Shown in pieces: positions 32,141-44,114 of a DNA stretch of 64,000 nucleotides. The notes under the pieces were generated by a model. That model saw only the letters and a list, made by a program, of their open reading frames with translations, did not search any database and was not told the origin of the DNA. Position 1 is the first letter of the stretch. Every line of letters begins with the position of its first letter. The position numbers and the translations under genes are program-made. Source of the stretch: an uncultured Planctomycetota bacterium (GTDB lineage Bacteria; Planctomycetota; Planctomycetia; Isosphaerales; Isosphaeraceae); the NCBI GenBank assembly GCA_963845755.1, contig CAWJTV010000029.1, positions 256,001-320,000 on the forward strand. The letters are read 5' to 3'.

Positions 32141-33259
32141 ATGCCGGCGCTGCGCGACTATGCACGCGAGCAGCTCGCCCTGGCGTCGGAGAAATCGCTC
32201 AACCGCCGCATCGTGGAGACCGAGCGGCTGGGAGGCACGCGCGTGCGCCGGGGTGGGAAGGAATTCGTCTCGTTCAGTTGCAACGATTATCTCGGGCTGA
32301 CGCATCATCCGAGGGTGATCGCCGCGGCCAGGGAGGCACTCGAGCGCTACGGCACCGGCGCGGCCGCTTCTCGACTGGTGACCGGGAGCCACCCGGTGTA
32401 CGCCGAGCTCGAACGATCGCTCGCCGAGCTGAAGGGGACCGAGGCCGCGCTCGTCTTCGGTAGCGGCTACCTGGCGAATGTCGGCGTCATCCCGGCCCTG
32501 GTCGGTCAGGACGACCTCATCGTCGCAGATCGCCTGTGCCACGCATGCATGTGGGACGGCGCACGCCTCTCGGGGGCATTGGTGATACGGTTCGAGCACA
32601 ACGATCTCGGAGCGTGCCGGGACATCCTCGAAGCGCACCGGACGAAGTACGGGAGATGCCTGATCCTCACCGAGACGGTCTTCAGCATGGACGGGGACCG
32701 CGCGCCGGTCGAGGAACTGGCTGGGCTCGCTGGTAGATACGATGCCTGGCTCATGACGGACGACGCGCACGGGCTGGGGATCTGCTCGTCAGAGGCCGCC
32801 GACGTGCAGATGGGGACGCTCTCCAAGTCGGTCGGAAGTTGTGGCGGTTACGTCTGCGGCCCGGCCGAGCTGATCTCCTGGCTGGCAAACCGATCGCGGA
32901 GCCTGTTGTTTTCCACCGGGCTGCCGCCGGCGTCGGTCGCCGCGGCCGTGGCCGCGCTTCGGATCATCCGGGACGATGAGGACCTGCGCGCGCGGCCGAT
33001 GGCGAATGCCAGGCGGTTCACGGACGCGCTCGGTCGCCCCGAGGCGGCCAGTCAAATCGTGCCCGTGATCGTCGGCGAGCCGAAGCGCGCGCTGGCGGCC
33101 TCGTCGATGCTGCAAGAGCATGGCCTGCTGGTCGTCGCGATCCGCCCGCCATCGGTCCCGGCCGGTACAGCACGACTCCGGTTCGCCTTCTCGGCGTTGC
33201 ACGAGGCCGAGCCTATCGAGCGGGCTGCGGCTCTGCTGAAGGAATATGGGTATGCTTGA
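32141..33259 (+). CDS. bioF: 8-amino-7-oxononanoate synthase
   Basis: FSCNDYLGL, SGYLAN, FSMDGD, DDAHG, GTLSK, AIRPPSVP. Confidence 0.95.
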   Translation: MPALRDYAREQLALASEKSLNRRIVETERLGGTRVRRGGKEFVSFSCNDYLGLTHHPRVIAAAREALERYGTGAAASRLVTGSHPVYAELERSLAELKGTEAALVFGSGYLANVGVIPALVGQDDLIVADRLCHACMWDGARLSGALVIRFEHNDLGACRDILEAHRTKYGRCLILTETVFSMDGDRAPVEELAGLAGRYDAWLMTDDAHGLGICSSEAADVQMGTLSKSVGSCGGYVCGPAELISWLANRSRSLLFSTGLPPASVAAAVAALRIIRDDEDLRARPMANARRFTDALGRPEAASQIVPVIVGEPKRALAASSMLQEHGLLVVAIRPPSVPAGTARLRFAFSALHEAEPIERAAALLKEYGYA

Positions 33260-33294
33260 GTGTTCTGCGCTCGGTATTAGCGGATAAACGCAGG

Positions 33295-33364
33295 GGATTC
33301 GAGATTCAAGATTCCGGATTCGAGATTCAAGATTCCGGATTCGAGATTCAAGATTCCAGAATTC
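33295..33364. repeat. Three perfect 21-bp tandem units GGATTCGAGATTCAAGATTCC, each made of three heptamers
   Basis: Read directly between bioF and bioD. Confidence 0.9.
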
Positions 33365-33435
33365 ATTATAAATTTAAGTATTAGAATTCGAACAATGTGA
33401 GACCCGAGGAAGCTTCCTCGAGTGGTGTGACTCGA

Positions 33436-34113
33436 ATGGAGCGTTATTTCATCACCGGCGTCGGCACGGGGGTCGGCAAGACGCTCGTCACCACGATCCT
33501 GTGCCATCAGCTCACGGCCGAGGGACGGAAGGTCACGGCCCTCAAGCCGGTGGTCTCGGGTTTTTCCGAAGCGGACCCGGCTAGTGACCCGGCGCTGATC
33601 CTTCGCAGCCTGGGACGATCGCCCACTCCCGAGGCGGTCGCGGGCATGGCGCCGTGGCGGTTCGCGGCACCCCTGTCCCCCCATCTCGCCGCGCGGCGCG
33701 AAAGTCGCTCGATCGATCTGGACGAGCTGGTCGCCTTCTGCCGCCGGCATGAGGACCATGGGCTCCTGCTGGTCGAAGGCGCGGGGGGCATCATGACGCC
33801 GATCGCCCCGAGCCAGACCGTCATCGACCTGATCCTCGCCCTCGATTATCCGGTGATCCTGGTCACCGGTACCTATCTGGGAGCCCTCAGCCACACGCTC
33901 ACGGCTTTGTCAGCCCTCCGGCATACCGGCACGCGAGTTCAGGCACTCGTCGTCTCCGAGTCGGAGGAGTGCGTTGGGCTCGCCGAGACGGTGGAGTCTC
34001 TCGGACCCTTTGCGGAGGACGACGTCCGGCTGATCGCCCTGCCGAGGCTCTCGGGCAGCCACGAAGCCAAGCTGCGTCAAGCGCCCCGCTTGAAGGGGGT
34101 CTGCGAACGTCCC
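33436..34113 (+). CDS. bioD: Dethiobiotin synthetase (in frame with bioA in this sequence)
   Basis: FITGVGTGVGKT, LKPVVSG, PLSPHLAA, VEGAGG. Confidence 0.93.
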
Positions 34114-35412
34114 ATGACCGTCCCAACGACGTCATCCCGACCAACGTGGTATGAGGAGGGCTTGCCGCACGTCTGGCTGCCCTATTGCCAGATGAAGGTG
34201 GCGCCGCCGCCGCTGCCGGTCGCGCGGACCGAGGGCTGCCGCATCATCCTGGCCGACGGTCGCGAGTTGGTCGACGGCATCGCGTCGTGGTGGAGCGCCT
34301 GTCATGGGTATAACCCTCCCGAGATACGCGCGGCCGTGTCGCGTCAGCTCGCGATGATGCCACACGTGATGTTCGGCGGCCTGGCACATGAGCCGGCGTT
34401 CGTGCTGGCCCGGCGACTCACCGCGATGACTCCGCCGGGGCTGACGCGGGTTTTCTTCACGGATTCCGGGTCGATCGCCGTCGAAGTCGCGCTGAAGATC
34501 GCGCTGCAATACTGGCTCAATCGCGGCCGGTCCGAGAAGTGCCGATTCCTTTGCTTCGCGGACGGCTACCATGGCGACACCCTCGGCGCGATGGCCGTAT
34601 CCGATCCCGAGCGGTCGATGCACAAAGCGTTTCGCCAGGTGTTGGCCCGGCACCATGTCGTCGATGTCCCGACCGATGCGGATGCACTGGGACGACTCAA
34701 TGAGTTCCTCGAGGACAGGGCGCACGAAATCGCGGCGATGATCATCGAACCGCTGGTCCAGGGGGCGGGCGGGATGCGATTCCATCCACCGGAGATCCTC
34801 GCATCGCTGCACGCGATGGCCCTCGATCACGAGGTCCTGTTCATCGCCGACGAGATCGCCACGGGATTCTGGCGCACCGGCCATCGCTTCGCCTGCGACG
34901 CGGCCGACATCCGTCCCGATTTGCTCTGCCTGGGCAAGGCGCTCACAGGCGGCACGCTCCCTATGGGCGCGACCCTGGCTCGTGAAGAGGTATTCGAGGC
35001 GTTCCTGAGCGACGACTGGGACGCGGCCTTGATGCACGGACCCACATTCATGGCCAATCCGTTGGCCTGCGCGGCGGCCAACGCCTCGCTCGACCTCTTC
35101 GAGCGGGAGCCGAGAGAATCACAGATGCAAGCGATCGAGGCCGGCCTGCGCCGCGGACTGGAGCCGTGCCGGACGCTCCCCGAGGTCGTCGACGTGCGCG
35201 TGCGGGGGGCCGTCGGTGTCGTGCAGCTCGACCCTGGTGTGGACGTCTACGCGCTACGGACCCGGTTCGTCGAGCAGGGCGTCTGGGTGCGGCCGTTCAA
35301 GGACGTGGTTTATTTGATGCCTCCTCTGGTGATCGGCACCGAGGAATTAGAGACGCTCACCCGGGCGGTCCGGGGAGTCCTGGGCTGCGAGTCGCGACTG
35401 GCGAGTACGTAA
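34114..35412 (+). CDS. bioA: Adenosylmethionine-8-amino-7-oxononanoate transaminase
   Basis: HVWLPYCQM, DGIASWW, YHGDT, DEIATGF, LGKALTGG, HGPTFMANP. Confidence 0.95.
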   Translation: MTVPTTSSRPTWYEEGLPHVWLPYCQMKVAPPPLPVARTEGCRIILADGRELVDGIASWWSACHGYNPPEIRAAVSRQLAMMPHVMFGGLAHEPAFVLARRLTAMTPPGLTRVFFTDSGSIAVEVALKIALQYWLNRGRSEKCRFLCFADGYHGDTLGAMAVSDPERSMHKAFRQVLARHHVVDVPTDADALGRLNEFLEDRAHEIAAMIIEPLVQGAGGMRFHPPEILASLHAMALDHEVLFIADEIATGFWRTGHRFACDAADIRPDLLCLGKALTGGTLPMGATLAREEVFEAFLSDDWDAALMHGPTFMANPLACAAANASLDLFEREPRESQMQAIEAGLRRGLEPCRTLPEVVDVRVRGAVGVVQLDPGVDVYALRTRFVEQGVWVRPFKDVVYLMPPLVIGTEELETLTRAVRGVLGCESRLAST

Positions 35413-35481
35413 ACCGATTCTCCTCGCCACTCGCCACTGATGAAGCGGACAGACCGAGCTCGCACCGCCATCCATCGCGCG

Positions 35482-36612
35482 CTACAACCGCCAAGCCACG
35501 CCCCACCGCGGATGGGCGCGATGCCAGCGGAGGTCGTCTTTGTGGTGGAAGTAATAGGTCCCGAGGAGGCGCATGACCACGACGGCGGTCCAGTGGACGA
35601 TGATCCAGCATCCGAGACTGAGGGGGACATAGAGCCAGAAGAGGTATCCCCGGACCACGACGATCAGGGCGAAGAGCCCGAGCGCCAGGGCGATGGTCAT
35701 TGCGATGAAGGCACTGAGCACCCAGAAGGACGGTCCCAATCGGAAAAGGCCCAGGATCACATTCCACGGCTTGGGGGCCAGCGCGTCGTCGTGCAGGAAG
35801 CTGATCATCAAGGCCGCGAGGATGTAGGGGATTCCGGCCAGCCCCAGAATCACGGCGATCCACGGATTGACGGACTCATTGTCTCTCAACAAGGCATACC
35901 ACCAGGCCGGGAACAGGCCGACGCCCAGCCCGAGGACGAACCACACAAACCACGGACTCAGCCCGTTGAAGAATCCGTCGAAGTTGCGCTGGGGCGATTG
36001 CGGGGGCGTGGTTTCACCCATTGCGCTCGAGACCAGGACGCGGCCCAGATACTGGAGCGCATAAGAGAACACGAACGGACTGAGGAGGACGACCGGCGTT
36101 CCCGTGATCATGATGAAGAGCTGGCCGAGCAGCCCGCCGCCCATGGAGGCGGCATCCTGCATGAGCTGGATGCAATACTCCGGCACCAGGCCGTAGAAGA
36201 ACCATGAGATGGCCGCCAGGGCTCCGATCACACCCAGGCTCTCGGCCCCGCGCAGCGGATAAAGGAAGCTGACGAACCACGATCGCTCCGGCCGGCTCAG
36301 GGGCGGGAGAGGTCCATCGGCCATCGGGCCCCGGTTCCTCGGCGGTCCGGGAGCCTCGCGTTGTCGTCGCTTTCGCTTCGGCTTCGGGCTGTCTGGCCGA
36401 GCGGCGACCTCCTCGACGTTCCGCGTCAAGCCGTAGCCGCCGGCCATCGGCTCGTCCGCGTCGGGACGTCGCGGTCGCGACGACTCCACGGGCGGATTCA
36501 CGGGCATTTCGAGCCGACCCCCACAACTGGGGCACCGACCCACCCGGCCCGGCTTGGCGCCGGGTGCCCTCACCCGCATCCCGCACCCACAGACCAAGAC
36601 CGGTACGTCCAT
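35482..36612 (-). CDS. Zinc-ribbon plus multi-TM membrane protein
   Basis: CGCG...RCPSCG N-terminus; about 6 TM helices. Confidence 0.75.
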   Translation of the reverse strand: MDVPVLVCGCGMRVRAPGAKPGRVGRCPSCGGRLEMPVNPPVESSRPRRPDADEPMAGGYGLTRNVEEVAARPDSPKPKRKRRQREAPGPPRNRGPMADGPLPPLSRPERSWFVSFLYPLRGAESLGVIGALAAISWFFYGLVPEYCIQLMQDAASMGGGLLGQLFIMITGTPVVLLSPFVFSYALQYLGRVLVSSAMGETTPPQSPQRNFDGFFNGLSPWFVWFVLGLGVGLFPAWWYALLRDNESVNPWIAVILGLAGIPYILAALMISFLHDDALAPKPWNVILGLFRLGPSFWVLSAFIAMTIALALGLFALIVVVRGYLFWLYVPLSLGCWIIVHWTAVVVMRLLGTYYFHHKDDLRWHRAHPRWGVAWRL

Positions 36613-36700
36613 CGAATCTCCCGGCACACCCCATCTATCAGGCCACACCGCCAAGGCGTCTCGCGAGCAACGACAATTGTAAATGGGAGGAATCGGGTCG

Positions 36701-38577
36701 TCAATACGGGGCCGTAGGTGTCCGGGGCTGGGCCGGGCCGAGGAGTCGATGGAGTTCGGCGAGGCCGTTACGGGCGCCGGGGTGGTCCGGTTCGAGCCGT
36801 AGTGCCGCTGCGAAGTGGGCGGCGGCCTCATCGTGTCGTTTTTGCGCGGCCAGCACGTCGCCGAGGGAAACGTGGACCTGCGCCCGGTCAGGGGCGAGCC
36901 GGGCGGCCTCGTTGAGCTGTTCGGCGGCTTCCGCGAGCCGTCCTTCCCAGAAGAGCCCAGGCCGAGATGATGGCGGAGGTCGAATCGATCGGGGGCCAAC
37001 CGCACGGCCTCGGCGAGTTGGGCAAACGCTCCCTGGGCGTCGCCGCGAGTGCTCAGGGCGATGCCGAGGTTTTCTCGGGCGTCGGGGTTGACCGGGTCGA
37101 TGAGGATCGCCTTGCGGAGTTGGGACATCCCGGCCGCACCCCGGCCCGTGGCGATCAGGTCCAGGCCGAAGTTGCTCACGAGGAGCCCGTCGCGGCCGGA
37201 GCCGACCCGCAGAGCGTGGGCCACGAGCGTCTCCGAATCCCGCCAGGTCCGGCACTGGGCTCGACTCATCACGCTCAGGACCACGATCAAGCCGAACCCC
37301 GCGGCGACGATCGCGATGGCGAGCGACCGGGGCCATCGCGACACCGTGACCCAACGGACCAGCCCTCCGGCCAGGAGCACGAACATCGGCATCGTCGCGA
37401 GGTAACTGGCGCGATCGGACGCGAGCATCACGTCGTACGAGACCAGGCCGAGGGTTGGAGCCAGCAGCGTCGCGTAAGCGAGCAATGCGGCGGGAATCAC
37501 CGGCCAACGCCGGCCCAGGACCACGGCGGCGACCCCGATCGTCGCGACGACCGCGAGACTCCCCGCGAACCGGCCCTCGGTCAGTTCCATCCGAGCAGGC
37601 CGATAGTGGTACGCCGACAGGTTTGCCGGCCAGACTGTCTTGCAAAGGTGATAGTCCAGCCCGTAAGCGGCAACCGCCGTGCGCCGGACGAACATCGGCG
37701 CGCCATTCGCGTCCGGGTCGAGGAGACGCTCCGGCCCTCCCTTCGCCTGGATCGCGACCAACGCCGCGGCGACCGCCAGGGCCAGGAAGGGAAGTTTCTC
37801 GAGCCAGAGACCCGCCGTCGAACGCCCTTCGCCGAAGCGGTGTAGGACGACCACGTCCAGGATCAATAGCACCACGGGCAAGCCGATCGCGATGGTCTTG
37901 CAACCCAGGGCCGCCGCATACAAACCGCACGAGGCCAGGAGCCAGCCGAGATGTCGCCGGCCCTGACCCCACGTGCGCAGATAGGCGAGCACCGACAGAA
38001 TCGCAAACCCTGCACTGGGGAGGTAGGGCTGGCAAGATGCCCAGGCTACGACCTCGACACGGAGGGGATGCACCGCGAACACTCCGGCCACCAACCCCGA
38101 CATCACGGGGATCGCCCACCGACGCTCTGGCTCGATCTCGGGGAGGGCTCGCGACACCAGGACGCGGATCAGGATATAAAGCAGAACCGCGTTGGCCGCG
38201 TGCAGGAGGAGGCTCCCCAGGTGGTAGCCCGCCGGCTCCAGCCCCACGACGCAGTACTCCGCCTCCAGGAGCATCCAGCCAATCGGCTGATACACGCCCA
38301 GTAACAGGGTCGTCCAGGCCCAGCGCACCTGGACCCAGCCCAGACCGCGGAAGCCCGGGTTGTTCAGGAAGTTGACCCCATCATCCCACTGGACCACGAA
38401 CTGATTGTTCAGCGCTGGCAGAAATGCCCAGACGGCCGCCAGGATGACCGCGACGGCGATCCCCCGGGTCAGGAGTTTCTGACACCATGGGCCGATCGAC
38501 GATCTGGAATCCACGCGCACGCCTAATGGACTGGATCGAGATCCTGTCATCATCTGATTAGCGACGAGACTCCTCAT
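36701..38577 (-). CDS. TMTC-like membrane glycosyltransferase-fold protein with TPRs, frameshift ~36955
   Basis: WDD..NF, YQPI, VHPLRVEVVAW, EKLPF, DRASY, WRDSETL, C-terminal TPRs. Confidence 0.8.
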
Positions 38578-40513
38578 TGTGGGGGGTTCGATTCCGCCAG
38601 GCGGCGAACGTCGCCCTGGCGCCGGGTCAGGCCGATGCGGTCGAGGTATTCGCCGATCGGGACGGCGTAGCGGCGGGTGGTGCCGAGGAGATCGCGGAGC
38701 TCGGCCATGGTCAGGGAGGAGCCGTCGGCGAGCCGGTCGCGGACGCGGCGACGGAGCTCGATGTCCGTATCGGCGTCGAGATACAGTCCGGTGTTGATCT
38801 CGGCGATCCGTTGCTCGTCCCGGAGCAGGGCGAGCAGATCGGGGACGACCGCACCGCGAGGACCGGCGGAGGCGGCGAGCTCGGCGGCGTCGGGGGGGCT
38901 CATCCCGCCGGCGCGGATCGCTTCCGCCAGCTCCTGCTTGAGCCGGCGCTCGGCCTGGCTGAGCCGCGGCTCGTGGCCGGAAAGCGCCACGGTGCGCGCG
39001 TCGGCGATGATCTTGCCCTGGTGTTTCAGCCGGTCGAGCAGCCCAGCCACGAGGGCGTCGCTCGCCAGGTCGGGGAGCGACGCCGCCAGGTGGGTGCGCG
39101 GGATCGCCGTCTGTCGCGGGTGGGCCGCATGCAGCCGGGCTAACGCGCGCAACACGCGGTCCTCGAGGTCGGCTACGAATTCGCGGAGTACGCGGCACGG
39201 TGCGCCGGGGGCCAAGGGGTAGCTCGACGAGTGCGCCCGAGTCCGCCAGCGCCGCCAGGCCGGCTTCGACTCGGTCGACGGCCAGCCCCGTGAGTGCGGA
39301 CAGGCGGCGCTCGGTCCAGTGAGCGAGGCCCAGGAAGGTCAGGGCGGTCGCCAGGCGAACGAGCGGGTCGCTCGAATCTAATCGCCAGAGCCGCTCGATC
39401 GCCGTGAGGTCGCGGCGCCGGTAGCGGCGCGAGACCGGCTGGACGACGCGCCCGCCACCGAGCGTGGCCGGCGGACTCTCCTCGCGGAGCACGAACGGCT
39501 CTCCGTGGACTGCGACGATCGGCTCGGCCGCGAAGAGTTGGGCGAGCCGCGGCCGGTCCAGATTCGCCTCGTCGGGCTCCAGGAGCGAGAGCACCACGGG
39601 AACCTCGGCGGTACCCAGGTGCAGCTTGTAGCGGCCGCGGTGCCGCAGCCGGTGGACCGACTCGCTGGACGCGACCAGGTCAACCGAGAGGATTCGCGTC
39701 GGTTCGAGGTATCCCGGCGCGGCCAGTTCCTGGCCCCGGCGGATCTCCGTATGATGGACGCCGGCCAAATTGATGGCGGCCCGCGAGCCGCGGCCGATCC
39801 AGTTCGACCGGCTGGTCGTGGCGATGGAGCCCCCGGACGCGGACCGGCCGGCCGGTCGGAAGCCATTCGAGCTCGTCACCTACTGTGACCCGGCCCGAGG
39901 CGACCGTCCCCGTCACCACGGTCCCGTGTCCGGCCACCGTGAACGAGCGGTCGATCGCCAGCCGGAAGACGCCCGTGTCGTGGCCGGGCTCGACCGTGTC
40001 GCAGAGCGCCTCCAGCTCCTGCCTGAGCACGTCGATTCCCTGGCCGGTTAGCGCGGAGGTCCGCACGATCGCGGCGCCCTCCAGGAAGGTCCCCTGCACC
40101 AGCGATCGAACCTCCTCCTCCACCATGTCGAGCCAGCCCGGCTCGGCCAGGTCGCACTTCGTCAGGACCACGACCCCGCCCGACAACCTCAAGAGGCGGA
40201 GGATCTCCAGGTGCTCCCGGGTCTGGGGCATCACCGAGTCGTCGGCGGCGACGATCAGCATGGCGAGGTCGAGCCCCGATGCCCCCGCCAGCATGTTCCG
40301 GATGAATCGCTCGTGACCGGGCACGTCTACGAGCGCGAGCCGGTAGTCGCCCAGTGGGAGCGACGTAAAGCCCAGGTCGATGGTGATCCCGCGCCGTTTC
40401 TCCTCGGGGAGCCGGTCGGTGTCGACGCCCGTCAGGGCGCGGACCAGCGCCGTCTTGCCGTGGTCGATATGCCCGGCCGTGCCCAGCACGAAGTCGCGGA
40501 TTCGTTCGTTCAT
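38574..40513 (-). CDS. selB: Selenocysteine-specific elongation factor, frameshifted (~39780, ~39200)
   Basis: [28 protein letters not shown]; winged-helix end [20 protein letters not shown]. Confidence 0.95.
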
Positions 40514-40548
40514 CGCATGGCGATCCGGCCGGAGGGTTTCGGCCGAGC

Positions 40549-42484
40549 CTATTTGGCGGCGGGTGCCGTTGATCTCGACGCCGCGTCTTTCTCCCGGGCT
40601 TCCTTCATCGCCTTCTCATGCTTCTCGCGGAATTCCTGCATCTGCTTGTGGAAAATCTCCATGAGATCGTCCTTCTCGCCGGACTTGGTGAGGTCCTGTC
40701 CCTTCTTGGTCACGGCGATGAAGCCGACGATCATCTCGTCGGTGGTCGCCTCACCCCACTTGACCAGCTTCGGCGGCTTGTTCGGATTATGTGGGTTGGA
40801 TGCGGAATTGTCATAGTGGGAGACGACGTTGAGCACGGAGCCCTTGGGGATCTCCAGCGGCTTCTCGAAGAAGTAGGAATACTGCCAGTTGAAGTCCCAG
40901 GCATCGATCTTGATCAGGTCCTGCTCGCGGCCGTCGGGGTACTTGATCGACATGGCGATGTCGCGCCCCAGGAGGTGCATGTGGGGCGTCACGGCATACG
41001 CGACCACGTCAACCGGGATCGGCCAGGCGGCCCTGGCCTCGATGTGGGAGTTTCCCGGCGGCAGCTCGAGTCCCGGGTTGGCCGCGGCGGCCCAATGAAG
41101 GGTCTGCCGGATCGGCTTGCGCGAAATGGAGGCCGATCCGTGTGCGGTCGGTCTCGGCCTTGCCGTTGGGATGGTAATGGACCTGGACGATGATATCGGA
41201 CGCGCGAGGCAGCGACCGGCCGATGCCGTCGGGCAACGGGCTGGGCTGAATGCCGGGTGCCCAGCCGCCTAGGTCACCGTGGACCGGCTCACCCGGTCCG
41301 CTGAAGCAGGAGTAACCGGGACCCGGATCGGCCGCATCCCGCTCCCGAGCCTTGCCCGAGATGTCCACGTAAGCCAGGAGGTGATGGACGACCCGGCGAT
41401 TGCCGGGCCGATACTCGATCGCCGTGACGTATTGATCCTTCTCCAGCTTGGTCGGGATCACGAAGCAGCGGTAGATGTCGTCCCCCGAGGCGGGGATCGT
41501 GAAGTCCGCCCCCATATCGACGATCAGGTCGGGCGTGCCGAGCTGCCAGTCGTCGGCAAATTTGGGCGGCGGCGGGAGGTCCCGTGGATCGCCTTCCGGA
41601 GCACCGGCCTCGGACCATGCGGTGATGGTGACGATCTCCTTGTCCGAGAGGAGCCGCTCGTCCTTGAACTTGACCCCGATATGCGGCGATGCCTTCCAGG
41701 GGGGCATCAGGCGATCCTCGATGACGGTCACGAGGTCTTTCGCCCGCTTCCGCGCCTGCTCGTAAGTTTCGAGGGAAAAGGGCCCGACCTGGCCCTGGCG
41801 GTGGCATTCCTGGCAGTTCTTCTGGAGGATCGGCGCGACGTCCTTGGTGTACGTCGGTCGGGCCGTGACCTCGGGAGCCTCGGGGATCGGGCAGCCGATG
41901 GCGGCGACGTGCGGCGCGGCGACCTCTTTCCCGCCCAAAACCGCCGCGATCGCGTCCTTCAGCTCGCTGCCACTCGGCGCAGCGTTCCTCACGCGGCGGG
42001 CGACGTACTGGTCGTCGATCCGACCGTGGTAGCGGACCTGTCCCTTGTCGTCCAGGACGAACGCCTCGGGCGTCATGGTCGCACCGATCTTGCGGGCGAA
42101 CCAGCCGTAGCGATCGCGCGCGACCCGGAGCTTCAGCCGGAAGTCCTGCGAGTGGGTGCGTACTTCGGAATCGCTCAGGTCCGGGTCGACGCAAACCCCG
42201 ACCCACTGCACCGACGGTTTCCCGAACCTGGCGACGAGCTCATCGAGGGTGGGACTGTAGGCGTTGGAGATGGGACATTCCGTGGAGTAGAAGATCAACA
42301 CCGTGGCCCCGCCCGCCGGCGCGGCGAGCGGGATTCGCTCATGATCCAGACCGGGGAGTGTGGTTTGCTTCAGCACCGCAGGGGAGCTGCCCTGCACGGA
42401 CCCACTGAATCCGATCAGAGACATCAGACAGCCCGCAATCACGAGCCCGCGGACGATCGAGGCAGTGACGGTCTTCACTGGCAT
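40549..42484 (-). CDS. Secreted redoxin + CxxCH + copper-monooxygenase-like protein, frameshift ~41125
   Basis: [45 protein letters not shown]. Confidence 0.85.
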
Positions 42485-42835
42485 GATGTTGGATCCTTCG
42501 TTCATTCGACTGATCTGCGTCGATGTTCGTGCTTGCATCGAATCGCGGCGTCCCGAACCGAGTTCGATGCGAGGGGACACCGCCCAGGATTCCCGGGGCG
42601 TCCTCCGCGGCGGTGCAACTCCGACGCGCGATATCCGGATGCGCGAGGAGTTCCACCTTGATCCATTTTACAGGAACCCGGTGGTCAAGACCAGACCGAT
42701 GGAGGGCCGATCGCGTCGGTTGACATGAAGAATCCCCGTAAGATGTTGAGGGGATCGGGCGATCTTACGGTCGTTAATCTCAGGCGGAGTGAGGCGAGAT
42801 TTGTTGACCTGCCCACGGTGATCTTTCCCCGCTCT

Positions 42836-43906
42836 TCAACCGATCGTGGCGGCGGGTAGAGCCTGGGAGGCGCCGAAGACCTTCAAGTCGCGGGGAACGA
42901 CGAAGATGTCGTCTCCGGGCTGCAAGTCCAGCTCGGCTCGGCGCTCGCGGGAGACCTGGGCGCGGACCTCCGTACCGTCCTTGAGGAGGAGCTCCAGACG
43001 AACGAGCCCGCCCAGCGGGACCACCTGGCAGACCCGCCCGGGCCAGGAGGGATGGCCGTTGAGCTGGCGGGTCACGTCGATGTCGTGGGGTCGGACGTAG
43101 ATGGTTACCGGTCCGTCGGGTGCGGAGTGTCCCATCGGCGCGAGGATCCCGTCTCCCAGGACCGCCTGACCATCGCGGCAACGGCCGCGCAGGACGTTGA
43201 CCGAGCCGAGGAACTCGGCCACGAACGGCGTCGCCGGATGCTCGTACAACTGCTGGGGCGGACCCATCTGCTCGACGCGGCCCTTGTTCAAGACGATCAC
43301 CTGGCCCGCGACCTCGAATGCCTCCTGCTGGTCGTGCGTGACGAACAGGCTGGTGACATGGACCTCGTCGTGCAGCCGGCGGAGCCAGGTGCGCAACTCG
43401 TCGCGCACGCGGGCATCGAGGGCGCCGAAGGGCTCGTCGAGGAGCAGGACCCGGGGCCGCGGGGCCAGTGCCCGCGCCAGGGCCACGCGCTGCCGCTGGC
43501 CACCCGAGAGCTGCGACGGATATCGATCCGCGTAGCCGCTCATCTGGATCAGCTCGAGCAATTCCTCGACCCGTGCGCGGATCTCCGCCCGGGGAAGCTT
43601 CTGGACCTCCAGGCCGAAGGCGATGTTCCGGCGGACTGTCATGTGGCGGAACAGGGCATAGTGCTGGAAGACGAACCCGACCCCGCGGCGCTGCACGGGC
43701 AAATCGGTCGCGTCTTCGCCGGTCAGTTCCACGGTCCCGGAGTCGGCCGGCTCCAGGCCGGCGATGATCCGGAGCAGCGTGCTCTTACCCGAGCCCGACG
43801 GGCCGAGCAGGGCCACAAGCTCCCCCGCCGGGACCGCGAACGTCACATTGTCGACGGCCTGGAACGACCCGAACCGCCTGGCGAGGTTCTCAACGCGGAT
43901 AGCCAT
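42836..43906 (-). CDS. cysA: Sulfate ABC transporter ATPase
   Basis: [32 protein letters not shown] domain. Confidence 0.95.
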   Translation of the reverse strand: MAIRVENLARRFGSFQAVDNVTFAVPAGELVALLGPSGSGKSTLLRIIAGLEPADSGTVELTGEDATDLPVQRRGVGFVFQHYALFRHMTVRRNIAFGLEVQKLPRAEIRARVEELLELIQMSGYADRYPSQLSGGQRQRVALARALAPRPRVLLLDEPFGALDARVRDELRTWLRRLHDEVHVTSLFVTHDQQEAFEVAGQVIVLNKGRVEQMGPPQQLYEHPATPFVAEFLGSVNVLRGRCRDGQAVLGDGILAPMGHSAPDGPVTIYVRPHDIDVTRQLNGHPSWPGRVCQVVPLGGLVRLELLLKDGTEVRAQVSRERRAELDLQPGDDIFVVPRDLKVFGASQALPAATIG

Positions 43907-43956
43907 GTCGGCGCCCTCTCCCTCACGCGGCCTTCGGCCGCGACTGAATAAGGTTT

Positions 43957-44043
43957 GAGATTCAGGATTCAAGATTTAAATATCAAAACTCCAGAATCAC
44001 TCCATTGGGAATCTCGGATCTCGAATTCTGAATCTTGAATCTG
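43957..44043. repeat. GATTCNN/GAATCNN inverted heptamer arrays between cysW and cysA
   Basis: gagattcaggattcaagattt ... gaatctcggatctcgaattctgaatcttgaatct. Confidence 0.65.
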
Positions 44044-44114
44044 GTGAATGCGATGATTGCGTGCCGGCCACCCGGCCTGAGCGCCAGGTCGAAGGCAAGA
44101 ATTCGGAAATCCCT

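Noticed and set aside
33277..33894. ESGILNL peptide repeat ORF, or a CRISPR-like array
   Set aside because: It is the translation of the 21-bp DNA repeat, antisense to bioD; there are no spacers or cas genes.
35482..39879. 1465-aa ORF
   Set aside because: It is a chimera of selB, the TMTC-like gene and the zinc-ribbon gene, produced by frameshifts.
42736..42770. CCGTAAGAT/ATCTTACGG inverted repeat
   Set aside because: Single instance with no U-tract, so terminator versus operator cannot be assigned.
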